Part shown: in pieces, positions 45,389 to 58,617 of the stretch
How the letters are laid out: the number at the start of each line of letters is the position of its first letter
Position numbering within the stretch: the stretch's first letter is position 1
Source of the DNA: Malacoraja senta
Lineage: Eukaryota
NCBI GenBank assembly: GCA_038087875.1
Contig: CM075990.1
Location: forward strand, 3,598,001 to 3,662,000
DNA length: 64,000 nucleotides
Direction of reading: 5' to 3'
Program-made: the position numbers and the translations under genes
The notes under the pieces: model-generated
Told to the model about the DNA's origin: nothing
Databases searched by the model: none
The model's input: only the letters and a program-made list of their open reading frames with translations

Positions 45389-47394
45389 GCCATGGTTCCC
45401 AGTGGTCCTCGACATGGTCATCGAAACTCCTATGACCTTTCCCAGTAGCCCAGACCTATTGACTCACCCGGTATCAGGCATAAGTCATCCATGCCATGAC
45501 AGAATTGACCACAAACAGATTCATGGTTGATTACGATAACATACTTCCTCCCTTGAATGACTCCGAAGTAAAATAGTAAGATTAAACGAGAACTTACCAG
45601 TTTGAAGTTTGATCTGTATTTTATGAGGAGTTACGATGAGGGATTACGTGCCCTCCGCTCCCACCCTCAATTATAGAGATCAACTGGTATCTTAGTTCTC
45701 CTTTTCTTTACTATGTTTATTTCAATTATTGTGTTTCCTGCTCAAGACTGAATCCCAGTTGCATACCATTCACTAGTTCACACTCTTGAACTGTGATGGT
45801 GGTGAAGTTCACAGTCTATGCCTGCCTTCCCTGAGCACAGGAAGTGCTTCACATATTCCAGGGCCGTATCATGTGCTGTTAGTTGTGGCACCTGGATGTG
45901 AGCAAGTGATTTGTGGCATTTGCCTGATGCTTGCAGTGACGACACTTGCAAAAAATGTACTTTGCTGGCAGCAAGCCAAGTCTGCATATGGCCTGGTGTT
46001 AAACAAATACTCTCTTTCCTTCCCTGCTCCTTCCTATAGCTGTCCAACCCCCCCTTCTCTACACCTCTTAAGCACAGCAATAGCAACATTTAAAAAACAG
46101 TTGGACGTTGTTAATGTGCGGGGATCGCTGGTCGGTGCAGACTCGGTGGGCCGAAGGACCCGTTTCCATGCTGTATCTCTAAACTAAACTAAACTATACT
46201 AAAGGTATATTGTTTAGAAAGGTTTAGAGGGATATGGGCCAAACGCAGGCAGGTGGGGCTAGCTTAGTCTGAATGGAAGTGTTGGGCCAAAGGGCCTGCT
46301 TCTTTGCTGTATGGTCCTATGACCCTATGAGCATTATAATGGTAAGGCCCAAGTGCAGTGTGGACAACATATGTTCATTAGTTCATAAGTCATCGGGGAA
46401 GAATTAGGCCATTCAGCCCACCGAGTCTACTCGGCCATTCAATCATGGCTGATCTATCTTTCCCTGTCAACTTGCCGTTACACTGTAATTGCTGCCATAT
46501 GTAACTGATGCTAAGACTCCATTTTATCTTTTGAATTGAATCTCAGATGGGGCTTTGGCTTTCAACGTAGAACATAGAACAGTGCAGCGAGTCAGGCAGC
46601 ATCTCTGGAGAAAAATGGATGGGTGACATTTCGGGTCAGAGCCATTCTTCAAACCTCAGAACGCCTTCTTGATGTTCTTGACATCCAGAGAATGTCTGAA
46701 GTTGCCTTCTTCAGATGTCTGAAGAAAGGTCCCGACACAAAATGTCACCCATTCTGTTTTCTCTAGAGATGCTGCCCCACCCGCAGAGTTACTCCAGCAC
46801 TTTGTATCTACATGAACCAGCATCTGCAGTTCTTTGTTTCTGATGCTCTACAATGCTGAGAACTATATTCTGCAATCTGGAACTTCTGCTTTGTTTTCTT
46901 TCATACTCATAGAGTCATACAGAATGGAAACAGGCCCTTCGGCCCAACTTGCCCATGCTGACATCTACACTAGTCCCACCTGCCTGCATTTGGCCCATAT
47001 CCCCCTAAACCTATCCTATCCATGTACCTGTCCATAAGTTTTTTAAACGTTCTGATAGCACCTGCCTCAACTACCTCTTCTAGCAGCTCATTCCATATAT
47101 CTACCACCCTTTGGGTAAACAAATCACCCCTCAGGTTCCAATTAAATCTCCCCCCCCCCACCTTAAACCAACTCAGGGTAAAACACATGTGCATTTACTA
47201 TATCCATCCTCTCATGATCTTGTTAAACTAATCTCATCTCCTAAACATGATCTATATCCTCTTAAAAGCCTCTTAAATGCCGCCATTGTGTCTGCCTCCA
47301 CCACCTATTTGGCAGCAAGTTCCAGGCCCCCACCACACTTTGTGTAAAGAAAATTGGCCCACACATCCCCTTTAAAACGTAAAGCCATAGGAGG

Positions 47395-47826
47395 AGCAGG
47401 AGTAGGCCATTCGGCCCTTCGAGCCAGCACCGCCATTCAATATGATCATGGCTGATCATCCAAAATCAATACCCCGTTCCTGCTTTCTCCCCATATCCCT
47501 TGATTCCGTTAGCCCTAAGAGCTAAATCTAACTCTCTCTTGAAAACATCCAGTGAATTGGCCTCCACTGCCTTCTGTGGCAGAGAATTCCACAGATTCAC
47601 AACTCTTTGGGTGAAAAAGTTTTTCCTCATCTCAGTCCTAAATGGCCTACCCCTTGTTCTTAAATTGTGACCCCCGGTTCTGGACTCCCCCAACATCGGG
47701 AACATTTTTCCTGCATCTAGCCTGTCCAATCCCTTAAGAATTTTATATGTTTCTATAAGATGCCCTCTCATCCTTCTAAATTCCAGTGAATACAAGCCCA
47801 GTTGATCCATTCTTTCATCATATGTC
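47395..47826 (-). mobile_element. CR1 LINE 3' fragment
   Basis: ORF 47466-47810(-) LGLYSLEFRRMRG...GYGEKAGTGY. Confidence 0.9.
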
Positions 47827-48261
47827 CTGTTCTGCTGATTAATATTTAACTCTAAACCACCGTGTTCAGAGCGATTTGCTCATTATCGCGTTGTGGTCTG
47901 TGTGACCTTGTTTTGTACAAATTAGCTGCTGCATTTCCCAGGCAATAATAGAGGTCATGCAGCAAAATGTTCACAGATGTCCTAAGACCACGAAGGGACT
48001 ATCCCTGGTATCAACCGCCACGTCCGTTCGTAAAGCGCCTTTAATGCTTTGTTTGTTTTGCTTAGTTTAGAGATAGGCCGGTCTGTTTCCACGCTGTATC
48101 TCTGTAGGCCCCGAGAGGGACAGCGCCGAAACAGGCCCTTCGGCCTACCAGGCCCGCGCCGACCAGCGATCCCCGCACATTAACACCATCCTACATGCAC
48201 ACTAGGGACAATTTACACTTATACCAGCCAATTAATCTGAACTTTGCCCCTCTCACCTTAA

Positions 48262-48358
48262 AGGGCCTGTCCCACTTAGGCGATTTTCGCCGGACTGCCG
48301 GCGACTGTCAAGTTGCCAGCAGTCGCCTGAAAATACGGGAACGGGACTGTCAGAGTGG

Positions 48359-48440
<82 letters not shown>

Positions 48441-49573
48441 TCGCAAAGGTGGGGGCCTGGGAAAGCGGGGGCAGCGCTGTCTGAAATCACACGGTACAAA
48501 GCCAAGGTGATACAGACACACACTGCAATGAACAGGAAGGCTAAAGGGCCTGTCCCACTTGCATGCGATTGCATGCATTTGGCGCGACCAAACGAAAGCG
48601 GAGTTCACGCAAAGTTCACGCTAAGTACGCGCTAAGTACGTGCTAAGTATGCGCTAAGTTCGCACTAAGTGCGCGCGTGACGTCATTTGCGTTATACTTA
48701 GCAATCAGCTGGGCAGGAGGCGGGCCGACTGAATTTGGGCATTGCACAGCGTCGGGCAGTGACATTATCGCGCAACGCCACGCGCTAGGCGTACGCCGTC
48801 AAGACGCTGCGTACGCCGTCAAGACGCTGCGTAATACCACAATGCACCTGCCACGCTGTCAGATTTTCGGAGCCCCGCGCAATGTCGGGACCAGCCCCGC
48901 ACAACTACGCGCTTCTAAGTGGGACCGGCCCCGCGCAGCCATACGGTGCCCGTACGCCTCAAACGACCACGAGGTCGTGTAATTTGCGAGCCAAGGTCAC
49001 GTGTGGGACAGGCCCTTAAGACAGCAAGCAGTGTATGGTAAGTTCTTTAAAAGAGGGGGGGGAGGGGAGATGGGGGAGATGGGGGAAGAAGGGGGGAGAA
49101 GGAGTGGAGACACTTTTAAGAAGCCAGACAACTTTTAATAAGCCAGGGATTCACAGCTGTGAAGTTCGGCGGACATTTAACATTACCGGTCGGTTCTCTT
49201 TGGTTCTGAAAACTCGTGCTTACTTTTTTTTCCCCCAATGAGCCAATGAAAATGACCGGTCAGCAAAGGCGATTAACTAAAACTACCTACGACTATCTCG
49301 ACTACCTATAACTACATGGCGACCCCACTACAACTGCACCTACGACTACAGGATTATCGATTTTCTCCATGGCGACCAATTTTTGGTCACAGAAAATTTT
49401 TCAACGTTGAAAAATTTGCGACGACCATACTGAGGCCACAACTAGTTCCCAGAATGCGGGAACTCCTCGCGACCATGAAGGAGACTTACCAGAGACTACC
49501 AGCGAACATGTGGCGATCATGTGGCAGAGTCTCCTGCACTCGCCTAAAAAGTCGCCTAAGTAGGACAGGCCCT
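48262..49573. mobile_element. PIF/Harbinger-type non-autonomous element with a second one nested (48545-49016) and a (CA)n tract (~48360-48440)
   Basis: Outer TIR agggcctgtcccacttaggcga / tcgcctaagtaggacaggccct; inner TIR agggcctgtcccac / gtgggacaggccct; both flanked by TAA TSDs. Confidence 0.88.
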
Positions 49574-49872
49574 TAAAGCCATGCCCTCTAGACATGTCCA
49601 CCCTGCAAGAATGGTTCTGACTTTCTGCCTTATTGATGTCTCTCATAATGCTTCTATTAGGCCTCCCCTCCACGTCCGGTGTTCCAGAAAAAACAATCCA
49701 CGTCTGTCCAACCTCTCCAGATGGCGAATACCCTCTAATCTGGGCATCATCTCGGCAATCCTCTCCTGTAGCATTTCCAAAGCCTCAACAACTTTCCAGT
49801 AATGGGGCGATCAGAGCTTCACGCAATACTCCAAATGCAGCCGAACCATGACTCAGTAGAGCTACTGCCTCA

Positions 49873-50203
49873 AAGCCCTGTCCCACGGTACGAGTTCATT
49901 CCAAGAGCTCTCCCGAGTAAAAAAAAAAATCAAACTCGTGGTAAGCACAGAGAATGAACGTAGCGAGTACTTCAGAGCTCGGGGACGTCACTAGGCGGCT
50001 TGTAACGCTAACGGCAGGTACTCAGGAATACTCGCTAACGGCAGGTAAGCACGGGAAGACTCGTGAGGATTTTTCAACATGTTGAAAAATGTCCACGAGA
50101 GCCCCAAATACCGACGAGTGGCCATTACCATAAATCTCTGAGTTCGAATCAGGGCAAACTCGAGAGAGCTCTTGGAATGAACTTATACCGTGGGACACGG
50201 CTA
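49873..50203. mobile_element. PIF/Harbinger-type MITE inserted in a V-SINE head (SINE ~49850-50480)
   Basis: TIR aagccctgtcccacggtacgagttcattccaagagctctc; tca/tta TSD; removing it restores gctgcctta-cagcgcc. Confidence 0.85.
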
Positions 50204-51420
50204 TTACAGCGCCAGAGTCCCAGGTTCGATCCTGACTACGGGGGCTGTCTGTACGGAGTTTGTACGTTCTCCCCGTGACCTGCGTGGGTTTTCTACGAGA
50301 TCTTCGGTTTCCTCCCACACTCCAAAGACGTACAGGTTTGTAGGTTAATTGGCTTGGTATGAATGTAACATTTTCCCAAGGATATAGGATAGTGTAAGTG
50401 TGCAGGGATCACTGGTCAGTGCGAACTCGGTGGGCCAAAGGCACTATTTTCGCGCTGTGTTTCTAAACTAAACTAAACTATAAGGTACACAAAAATGCTG
50501 GAGAAACTCAGCGGGTGCAGCAGCATCTATGGAGCGAAGGAAATAAGCAACTTTCGGGCCGAAACCCTTCTTCAGACTGATGGGGGGCCTGATGGGATAA
50601 ACTAAACTATATCTGCATAGAAACATAGAAACATAGAAAATAGGTGCAGGAGTAGGCCATTCGGCCCTTTGAGTCTGCACCGCCATTCAATATGATCATG
50701 GCTGATCATCCAACTCAGTATCCTGTACCTCCCTTCTCTCCATACCCCCTGATCCCTTTAGCCACAAGGGCCACATCTAACTCCCTCTTAAATATAGCCA
50801 ATGAACTGGCCTCAACTACCCTCTGTGGCAGAGAGTTCCAGAGATTCACCACTCTCTGTGTGAAAAGTGTTTTTCTCATCTCGGTCCTAAAGGATTTCCC
50901 CTTTATCCTTAAACTGTGACCCCTTGTCCTGGACTTCCCCAACATTGGGAACAATCTTCCTGCATCTAGCCTGTCCAACCCCTTAAGAATTTTGTAAGTT
51001 TCCATAAGATCCCCCCTCAATCTTCTAAATTCTAGCGAGTACAAGCCGAGTCTATCCAGTCTTTCTTCATATGAAAGTCCTGACATCCCAGGAATCAGTC
51101 TGGTGAACCTTCTCTGTACTCCCTCTATGGCAAGAATGTCTTTCCTCAGATTTGGAGACCAAAACTGTACGCAATACTCCAGGTGTGGTCACACCAAGAC
51201 CCTGTACAACTGCAGTAGAACCTCCCTGCTCCTATACTCAAATCCTTTTGCTATGAATGCTAACATACCATTCGCTTTCTTCACTGCCTGCTGCACCTGC
51301 ATGCCTACTTTCAATGACTGGTGTACCATGACACCCAGGTTTCGTTGCATCTCCCCTTTTCCTAATCGGCCACCATTTAGATAATAGTCTACTTTCCTGT
51401 TTTTGCCACCAAAGTGGATA

Positions 51421-52177
51421 ATAGTAAGATTAAACGAGAACTTACCAGTTTGAAGTTTGATCTGTATTTTATGAGGAGTTACGATGAGGGATTACGTGAA
51501 GACCCCGTCCAGCACGCATGCGCGACATTCTTCAAAGCAGCGGTGTAGAATCACAGGAAACACAATAATTGAAATAAACATAGTAAAGAAAAGGAGAACT
51601 AAGATACCTGTTGATCTATATATTTGAGGGTGGGAGCGGAGGGCACGTAATCCCTCATCGTAACTCCTCATAAAATACAGATCAAACTTCAAACTGGTAA
51701 GTTCTCGTTTAATCTTACTATTTTACTTCGGAGTCACGTGAGTGACTACGTGAAGATTTTAAAGCTCTGTGATTTCAAACCGTGTAACAGTTCATACTTC
51801 ACTCGCTGCTGAAGTCATTCAAGGGAGGAAGTATGTTATCGTAATCAACCATAATCTGTTTGTAAACAATAATGGTATCTATTAAACAATAACAAAAGAC
51901 AAAATGCTCCCCTGGGCTTAAATTATATATTTTTGCAGATTTTAAAACTCTTTCTGCAAATAACACAGGTTCTGCTAGCGGCTTGTGGTAGAACGTTTGG
52001 AACACTTTCTCCATGTTCATTCTTTTAGCCGCCGATGTGGATGCTGCCCTGGTGGAGTGAGATGTATATACATCAGTATCTACTCCAGCAGCTCCCAGTA
52101 CCTGCTTGAGCCATCTCGAGATGGTTTGGCTCGACACCCAACCATGAGGTTTCTTGTGGCTGACCCATAAGGCGTTT

Positions 52178-52208
<31 letters not shown>

Positions 52209-55200
52209 TTTCCCCCCCCCCTTTCTCCCTCGAGAATCTCTTGTTGTGTTGATGTAAGTGAATAAGTGAGTCATGACACACAACCGTAGGTCAGGTGGGT
52301 ATGCCCGGAAATCCATAACTAGGACTCAAGTTCCTGGCTTGCTCTGCTTTAGCAGCTCCTGAATGGTGAATGAGACCCAGTCTGGTGTTATAACCATGTT
52401 GTCCAGTCGCAGTAAGTGGAGGGACTGGACTCTTTGTGCTGAGACTAGTAGCATCAGCATGACCGTTTTCAGGGTTAGCTTTTCCAGGGTGAGAGACCTG
52501 GCTGGGGACCATCCCCTTAGGTATGTCAGGACCACACTGACATCCCAGATTTGTGTATACCTAGGTCTAAGAGGGTTGGAGTTGACGATACTCCTCATGA
52601 GTTTGATCACCAGCGGGTGAGACCCTATGGCCTGTTGTCCTGGCACCTGTTTTAAGTAGGCTGACAGCGCACGTCTGGCAGTATTGATGGCGCTGTAGCT
52701 CAATCCTTCATTATGGTGAAGGCCCCCCAGGAACTCCAGTACATTGGTTATGGTTGCAGATGAGTACGTTGTCCCAGTAGTCGAGCAGTATCTTTCCCAC
52801 TTCCTGATGCTCGATAGGTATTGTTTCCTGGTGGACATACGGTGTCATCATGTTGATGGTCCTGTCAGACAATCCCAGTCCCAGCAGTGGCCTTTTGATA
52901 ATCTGCAACCCAGTAGGTTAATTCTGTCATGGCATGGATGACTTATGCCTGATACAGGGTGCGTCAATAGGTCTGGGCTACTGGGAAAGGTCATAGGAGT
53001 TTCGATGACCATGTCGAGGACCACTGGGAACCATGGCTGTGTAGGCCAGTTGGTACTATCAAAATACCTGAAGCAGAGTCCATCTGTATTTTGCGTAGTA
53101 CCCTACAGATTAAGGCAGAAGGGGAAAAAGCATAGAAGAAATCTGTCCCCCAGTTCAGCGCGAATGCATCTATCGCTGCTGCCTCAGGGTGTGGTTCCCA
53201 AGGGACATACATTGGTACGTGGTGATTTAGTCTGGATGCAAAGAGATCGATATCTGGTGTGCCATATTGGTTTGTAATTTTAGCAAAAGCTCTAGGATTT
53301 AACATCCATTCGGTGTTTATCATTGAATTTGCGTGACCTGGCACTGTATTTAGCTTACCTGGTAGGTAAGTTGCTGATAGCCAAATATGTCTACAGACCC
53401 AACATTACCAGATTGTGTTGACCCAATTGTCACATGATATCGATTTTATTCCGGTCATATGGTTAATATAGGCCACCACCGTGATATTATCAATTTGTAA
53501 ATGAACATGCAAGTTGTGCATATTCCTAGAATCTGTTTGTATAGTTAACGTTGGGTTATTGATGATGATAGGGCTGGAACTCTGCCAAATGTGTTATATC
53601 CACCATTGTAACTCTGATATTGCTTCAATGGGTAGTTTCATGGATCTGTCAAAGTGACCTGCATGTCGTTTCAACGCCTGTACTTTTGCCCTCTGTAGGT
53701 GCTGATAGTGCAGGAGTCCAAATTGTGTAGCTGAAAATGCTGCTACCATTTTGCCAATTACTCTTGCCACTTGTCGGATGGTTGGTCGATTGCTTACCAT
53801 TAAATTGTTGCACATCTGTGCCAATTCTGCTGCTTTACCTTTTGGCAACGTTACAGACATGTGGATTGAGTTAATTGTGAATCCCAGATAGTCCATAGTT
53901 GTGGATGGCGTCAACTTAGATTTATCTGGATGTATGACAAACCCAGGGTTTCAAACAATTGTTTGGTAGCTAATACAGCTGATTTAGCCAACTCCATGGT
54001 TTTGCCAACTATTAGGATATCATCAAGATACGCCATGACAATATGTCTTTGTTTCGTTAATGTTGCCAAGGCTGGTTTTAATATCTTGGTAAATAGTCTA
54101 AGGCTGATGTCAACCCATTAGGCAACACTTTATACTGCCATAGTTGCCCCATCCAGGTAAATTTTCAGGTATCTGCGATGACCCTTGTGAATGGGTACTG
54201 AATAGTAGGCATCTTTTAAATCAATGCTTGCCATAAAGTATCCTTTCGAAATCAGTTGTTTAGCAGTTACAAATGTTTCCATTTTGAAATGTACATACTT
54301 AACAAAGGTGAGGTTAAGTCAATGATGATGCGACATCCACCATCTTTTTTGCTTTTGGTAAATATATTTGAGACAAATTCCAAAGGATCATGTTTGGATT
54401 TCTCAATGACACCCTTTGTAAGTAACCTCCCCAGTTCTGCTTGAGCCTCTAGTTCTCTTTGACTGAGAGGGTAAAGACCCTTTGGGGTACGTGCTGAACT
54501 GGTGGCATGTTTTCTTGAATGAACTCTATTTTGTATCCCCGAATTCGTGAGACACCTCCTGTTAGTACAGACCTCCTGTTAGTACAGTTCCCCATTTACA
54601 TGCTGGTAGGAACCAGACCCACCTACCTCCATAGTTATGGTAGTGTTCCTTTCTTCCCTTTATTCATCCGTCGTTATACTGCTGGATGTACTGCTGATGT
54701 ACTGCTGATTGGGGGTGGCGCATTTTCCATGGGGTCCGCTCTGGGCCCTGGCCTAAAAAGGCTTTCGGGGATAGTATGCGGACCCCGAGCTTTCACCAGT
54801 TACCTAAATTTGACCTTGACTGGTGGACGCGGTGGGGTACTGCCGTCTGGTTTTTTGTGTGGGTCTGCTCGTTCCGGGGCCTGCCCTCATGAGGCCAAAT
54901 GCTTTGGACTCTTCCTCCAGGTCTTTCACTTGTCCTTCCAAATAACAGGATCTGCGGCTCTGAGGCCGGTGTTTTACACAGTCCTGCAAACCTGGGATTG
55001 AGGGCAGGTCTTATTCTCTCCTTGCGGAGGTTATTTATCTCATATTGGGTGTAGCACAGCAGAGCCAGAGTGTCTTGCTGGTTTGTGGTCATATCCACCC
55101 CATCCACGGAACGAGCATAGGCTGTTATCCCTGTCGTCAGGAGCTTGAGGATTGGTTCCGGATACTCTGTCCCACCCCCCAGATTTGGCTGTTAACAGCC

Positions 55201-56077
55201 GGTACATTGAGCGAACTGCAGTTTTCCAGCTCTAGTGCCTCATTAAGTACCTGTCTTGTAGGGGTTTGAGGGACAGGTGGTTGATGCTGGCCGCCAGTTT
55301 TGGCTCCAATGGCCGCCCTGCTCGTGGTGATACCACGTAGCGAATCACCACACCCAGCAGCTCTTCCTGATCCTGTACCCCAAGCGTACTCCCGACATCT
55401 TCAGCCAATGACCCCTGTTCCTGACCAGCCCAGCCCTGGTCGCCAACGCTGCCCTGCTTTGAGGGGAAAGCGATGGCCAGTGCATTGTAGAGCACTGCTG
55501 TGGGAGTGCCTGATCCCCCTGGCGAGACTGCTCTAGCTCCTGAAGTAAGTCTCGCTGGAGCAGTTGCTCCATGAGCCTTTCCATTCGGCTCAGGCGGCTA
55601 GCTCTGCCGCTCTAAGGCGGACCCTCCTCATTGGAGTCAGACATAATCGGCCGGTTTAAAAAAAAAAAATGTTTTTAACTTTTCCTCCAGCCCGCTGCCG
55701 CTCATCAGGCTGCGCTAGCGGGACTGGGCTCGGCTCGGTCTCGATGAGGGTGGACCGCCGCATATGCGGTCCAGGTGCCGCCTCTCGCCCCCCACTGATG
55801 GAACACTCCCGTTCTGTTGGAGTCGAACGGGGGGCGGTTTTCTCCTTTGCCGTGCTGCTCCTGTTCCCAGTTCCTCTGGAATAGAGAGCAGAGCACAGCT
55901 TGCGGATTACGACCTCAGTGTAAGACTTACCTGATGGTCCGCTGTTTAGTTTTCACCGACGTGTAGCGGGAGCGCCTGTACTCCCGGTCGTCGCTGTTGC
56001 ACTGCGTGAACGCTAATGTCGCGCATGCGTGCTGGACGGGGTCTTCACGTAGTCACTCACGTGACTCCAAAGTAAAA
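51421..56077 (-). mobile_element. DIRS1-type retrotransposon copy B, structurally complete but degenerate
   Basis: 37-bp perfect inverted core (~51494-51530 / ~56015-56051); ICR at ~51644-51755 complementary to both termini; gag, RT/RH, methyltransferase-like (52991-53344) and tyrosine recombinase remnants; no TSD. Confidence 0.95.
51945..52900 (-). pseudogene. DIRS tyrosine recombinase remnant
   Basis: STRKQY...SYSAINTARRALS...WDVSVVL...SAQRVQSL (catalytic R) and TSHSTRAASTS (H-x-x-R box); frameshifted. Confidence 0.88.
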
Positions 56078-56919
56078 CCTCACATTTATCCACATTATAC
56101 TGCATCTGCCATGCATTTGCCCACTCACCCAGCCTATCCAAGTCACCTTGCAGCCTCCTAGCATCCTCCTCACAGCTAACACTGCCCCCCAGCTTTGTGT
56201 CACCCGCAAACTTGGAGATGTTGCATTCAATTCCCTCGTCCAGATCATTAATATAAATGTAAATAGCTGGGGTCCCAGCACTGAGCCTTGCGGTACCCCA
56301 CTAGTCACTGCCTGCCATTCTGAAAAGGACCCGTTTACTCCTACTCTTTGCTTCCTGTCTGCCAGCCAGTTCTCTATCCACATCAATACTGAACCCCCAA
56401 TACCGTGTGCTTTAAGTTTGTATACTAATCTCTTATGTGGGACCTTGTCGAAAGCCCTTCTGAAAGTCCAGATATAACACATCCACTGGTTCTCCCTTAT
56501 CCACTCTACTAGTTACATCCTCGAAAAATTCTATAAGATTCGTCAGACATGATTTACCTTTCGTAAATCCATGCTGACTTTGTCCAAAGATTTCACCACT
56601 TTCCAAATGTGCTGCTATCCCATCTTTAATAACTGACTCTAGCAGCTTCCCCACTACCGATGTTAGACTAACTGGTCTGTAATTCCCCGTTTTCTCTCTC
56701 CCTCCCTTTTTTAAAAAGTGGGGTTACATTAGCTACCCTCCAATCCTCAGGAACTACTCCAGAATCTAAGGGAGTTTTGAAAAATTATCACTAATGCATC
56801 CACTATTTCTGGGGCTACTTCCTTAAGTACTCTGGGATGCATATATCAGGGTGTATCATGACTTTCTGGTTCTTATATTTAATGCCCCAACCAATGAAGG
56901 CAAGTATGCATTGACTGAG

Positions 56920-57760
56920 CTGATATTCACTGGAATTTATAAGGATGAGAGGGGATCTTATAGAGATATATAAATGTCTCAAGAGACTGGACAGGCTAGA
57001 TATAAGAAAAAAATTCCCAATGTTGGGAGAGTCCGGAACCTGGGATCACAGTTTACGAATAAGGGATAGGCCATTTAGGACTGAGATGGGGAAAAACATT
57101 TTCACCCAGAAAGTTGTGAATCTGTGGAATTCTTTGCCACAGAAGGCAGTGGAGGACAATTCACTGGATATATTCAAGAGTGAGTTAAAGCCCTGTCCCA
57201 CGGTACGAGTGCATTCCAAGAGCTCTCCCGGGTTTAAAAAAAATCAAACTCGTGGTAAGCACGGAGAATGAACGTAGCGGGTACGTCGGAGCTCGGGGAC
57301 GTCTCTTAGCGGCTCGTAACGCTAACGGCAGGTACTCGGGAAGACTCACTAACGGCAGGTAAGCACGGGAAGACTCGTGAAGATTTTTCAACATGTTGAA
57401 AAATGTCCACGAGAGCCCCGAGTACCGACGAGTGGCCATTACCGTAAATCTCCGAGTTCGAATCAGGGCAAACTCTTGGAAAGAACTTGTACCGTGGGAC
57501 AGGGCTTTTAGATATAGTTCTTAGGGCTAACGGATTCAAGGAATATGAGCAGAAAGCAGGTACGGGGTACTGATTTTGGATGATCAGCCATGATCATATT
57601 GAATGGCGGTGATAGACACAAAAAGCTGGAGTAACTCAGCAGGACAGGCAGCACCTCTGGAGAGAAGGAATGGGTGACGTTTCAGGACGAGACCCTTCTT
57701 CAGGTGCTGGTTTGAAGGGCCGAATGACCTACTCCTGCACCTATTATCTATGTTTCTATG
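56920..57760 (+). mobile_element. CR1 3' fragment carrying a MITE (57188-57507) and a PLE stub (~57612-57702)
   Basis: RGDLIEIYK...VVNLWNSLPQ; MITE TIR aagccctgtcccacggtac with TTA TSD, same family as 49873-50203; PLE stub flanked by ggtg. Confidence 0.87.
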
Positions 57761-58169
57761 CCATATTAGACTGGGCACATCTACCTCAATCTTCACATGA
57801 AACCATACCCTGGGCATCTAGTAGGGCAAGACTTGGCACTCCAACACATGAGGAACAAACTGCTTGGCTTCTTCCAAATGGTGCCAGCCTGAAGCATTTT
57901 CAAAGCAGACTGCAGCCAAACTTTCTGCTTTTTTCTTTATTTGTGTCAATTAAAAGCAGCCGAGATGTAATCAATGTGGTTCCGTGAAAGCTGCCAACTT
58001 GTATTTTGTTGGCTTTTTTCAATCGGGGAATTCCTTCTTGCAGAAAATCAGCCTGTACTTTCCATAGAAAAACCTCGGTAGACACAACACAAGAACTTAA
58101 GAATTAGGAGAGGTTGTCCAAGTTAGTCCCAGGACTGATCAGACATTCATCGAGATCCAGGTTGATCCG

Positions 58170-58617
58170 GGCAGCATGGTGGTGCAGTGGTAGAGTTGCT
58201 GCCTTACAGCGCAATAGACCCCAGATCGATCCCGACTACGGGTGCTGTCTGTACGGAGTTTGTACGTTCTCCCCGTGACCTGCGTGGCTTTTCTCCGGGT
58301 ACAGGATTGTAGGTCAATTGTAAAAAAGTTGCCCCTCAGGTTCCGATTAAGTCTTTCCCCTCTCACCTTAAACCTATGTCCTCTGGTTCTTGATTCCCTT
58401 CCTCTGGATAAAAGACTTTGGGCATCTACCCTATCTATTCCTCTCTTGATCTTATACACCTCTTTAACTTCACCCCTCACCTCGATAACGACCCACTTCT
58501 GTAAATTGTCCCCTAGTGTGCAGAATGATGCTAGTATATGGGGTGATCGCTGGTCGGCACGAACTTGGTGGGCAGAAGGGCCTGTTTCCACGCTGTATCT
58601 CTAAAGTCTAAAGTCTA
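58170..58617 (+). mobile_element. V-SINE with an internal antisense CR1 fragment (~58320-58465)
   Basis: SINE head and tail are separated by sequence translating (-) to YKIKRGIDRVDAQ...RTRGHRFKV...GNFF. Confidence 0.8.

Larger units (their letters stand above)
40459..45740 (+). mobile_element. DIRS1-type retrotransposon copy A (rearranged, recombinase gene deleted)
   Basis: 5' end ttttactccggagtcacgtgagtgactac; gag-like ORF; RT (IDLKDAYY, AYLDDIL); RNase H (TDAS, INYLEM, IDNTT); methyltransferase-like domain; partial ICR at ~45560-45650; homologous to copy B. Confidence 0.93.
50617..56840 (-). mobile_element. CR1 LINE (50617-51421 and 56078-56840) split by DIRS copy B
   Basis: CR1 RT ORFs on both sides; ccaaagtggataa and cctcacatttatcc rejoin into contiguous CR1 sequence; (ttctatgt)n tail at ~50617-50640. 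Confidence 0.93.

Noticed and set aside
48610..48680. CRISPR-like short repeat arrays in MITEs
   Set aside because: Contiguous tandem units without unique spacers; eukaryotic context.
52991..53344. Bacterial/phage methyltransferase and integrase as horizontal transfer or contamination
   Set aside because: Both lie inside a DIRS element, where these domains are standard.
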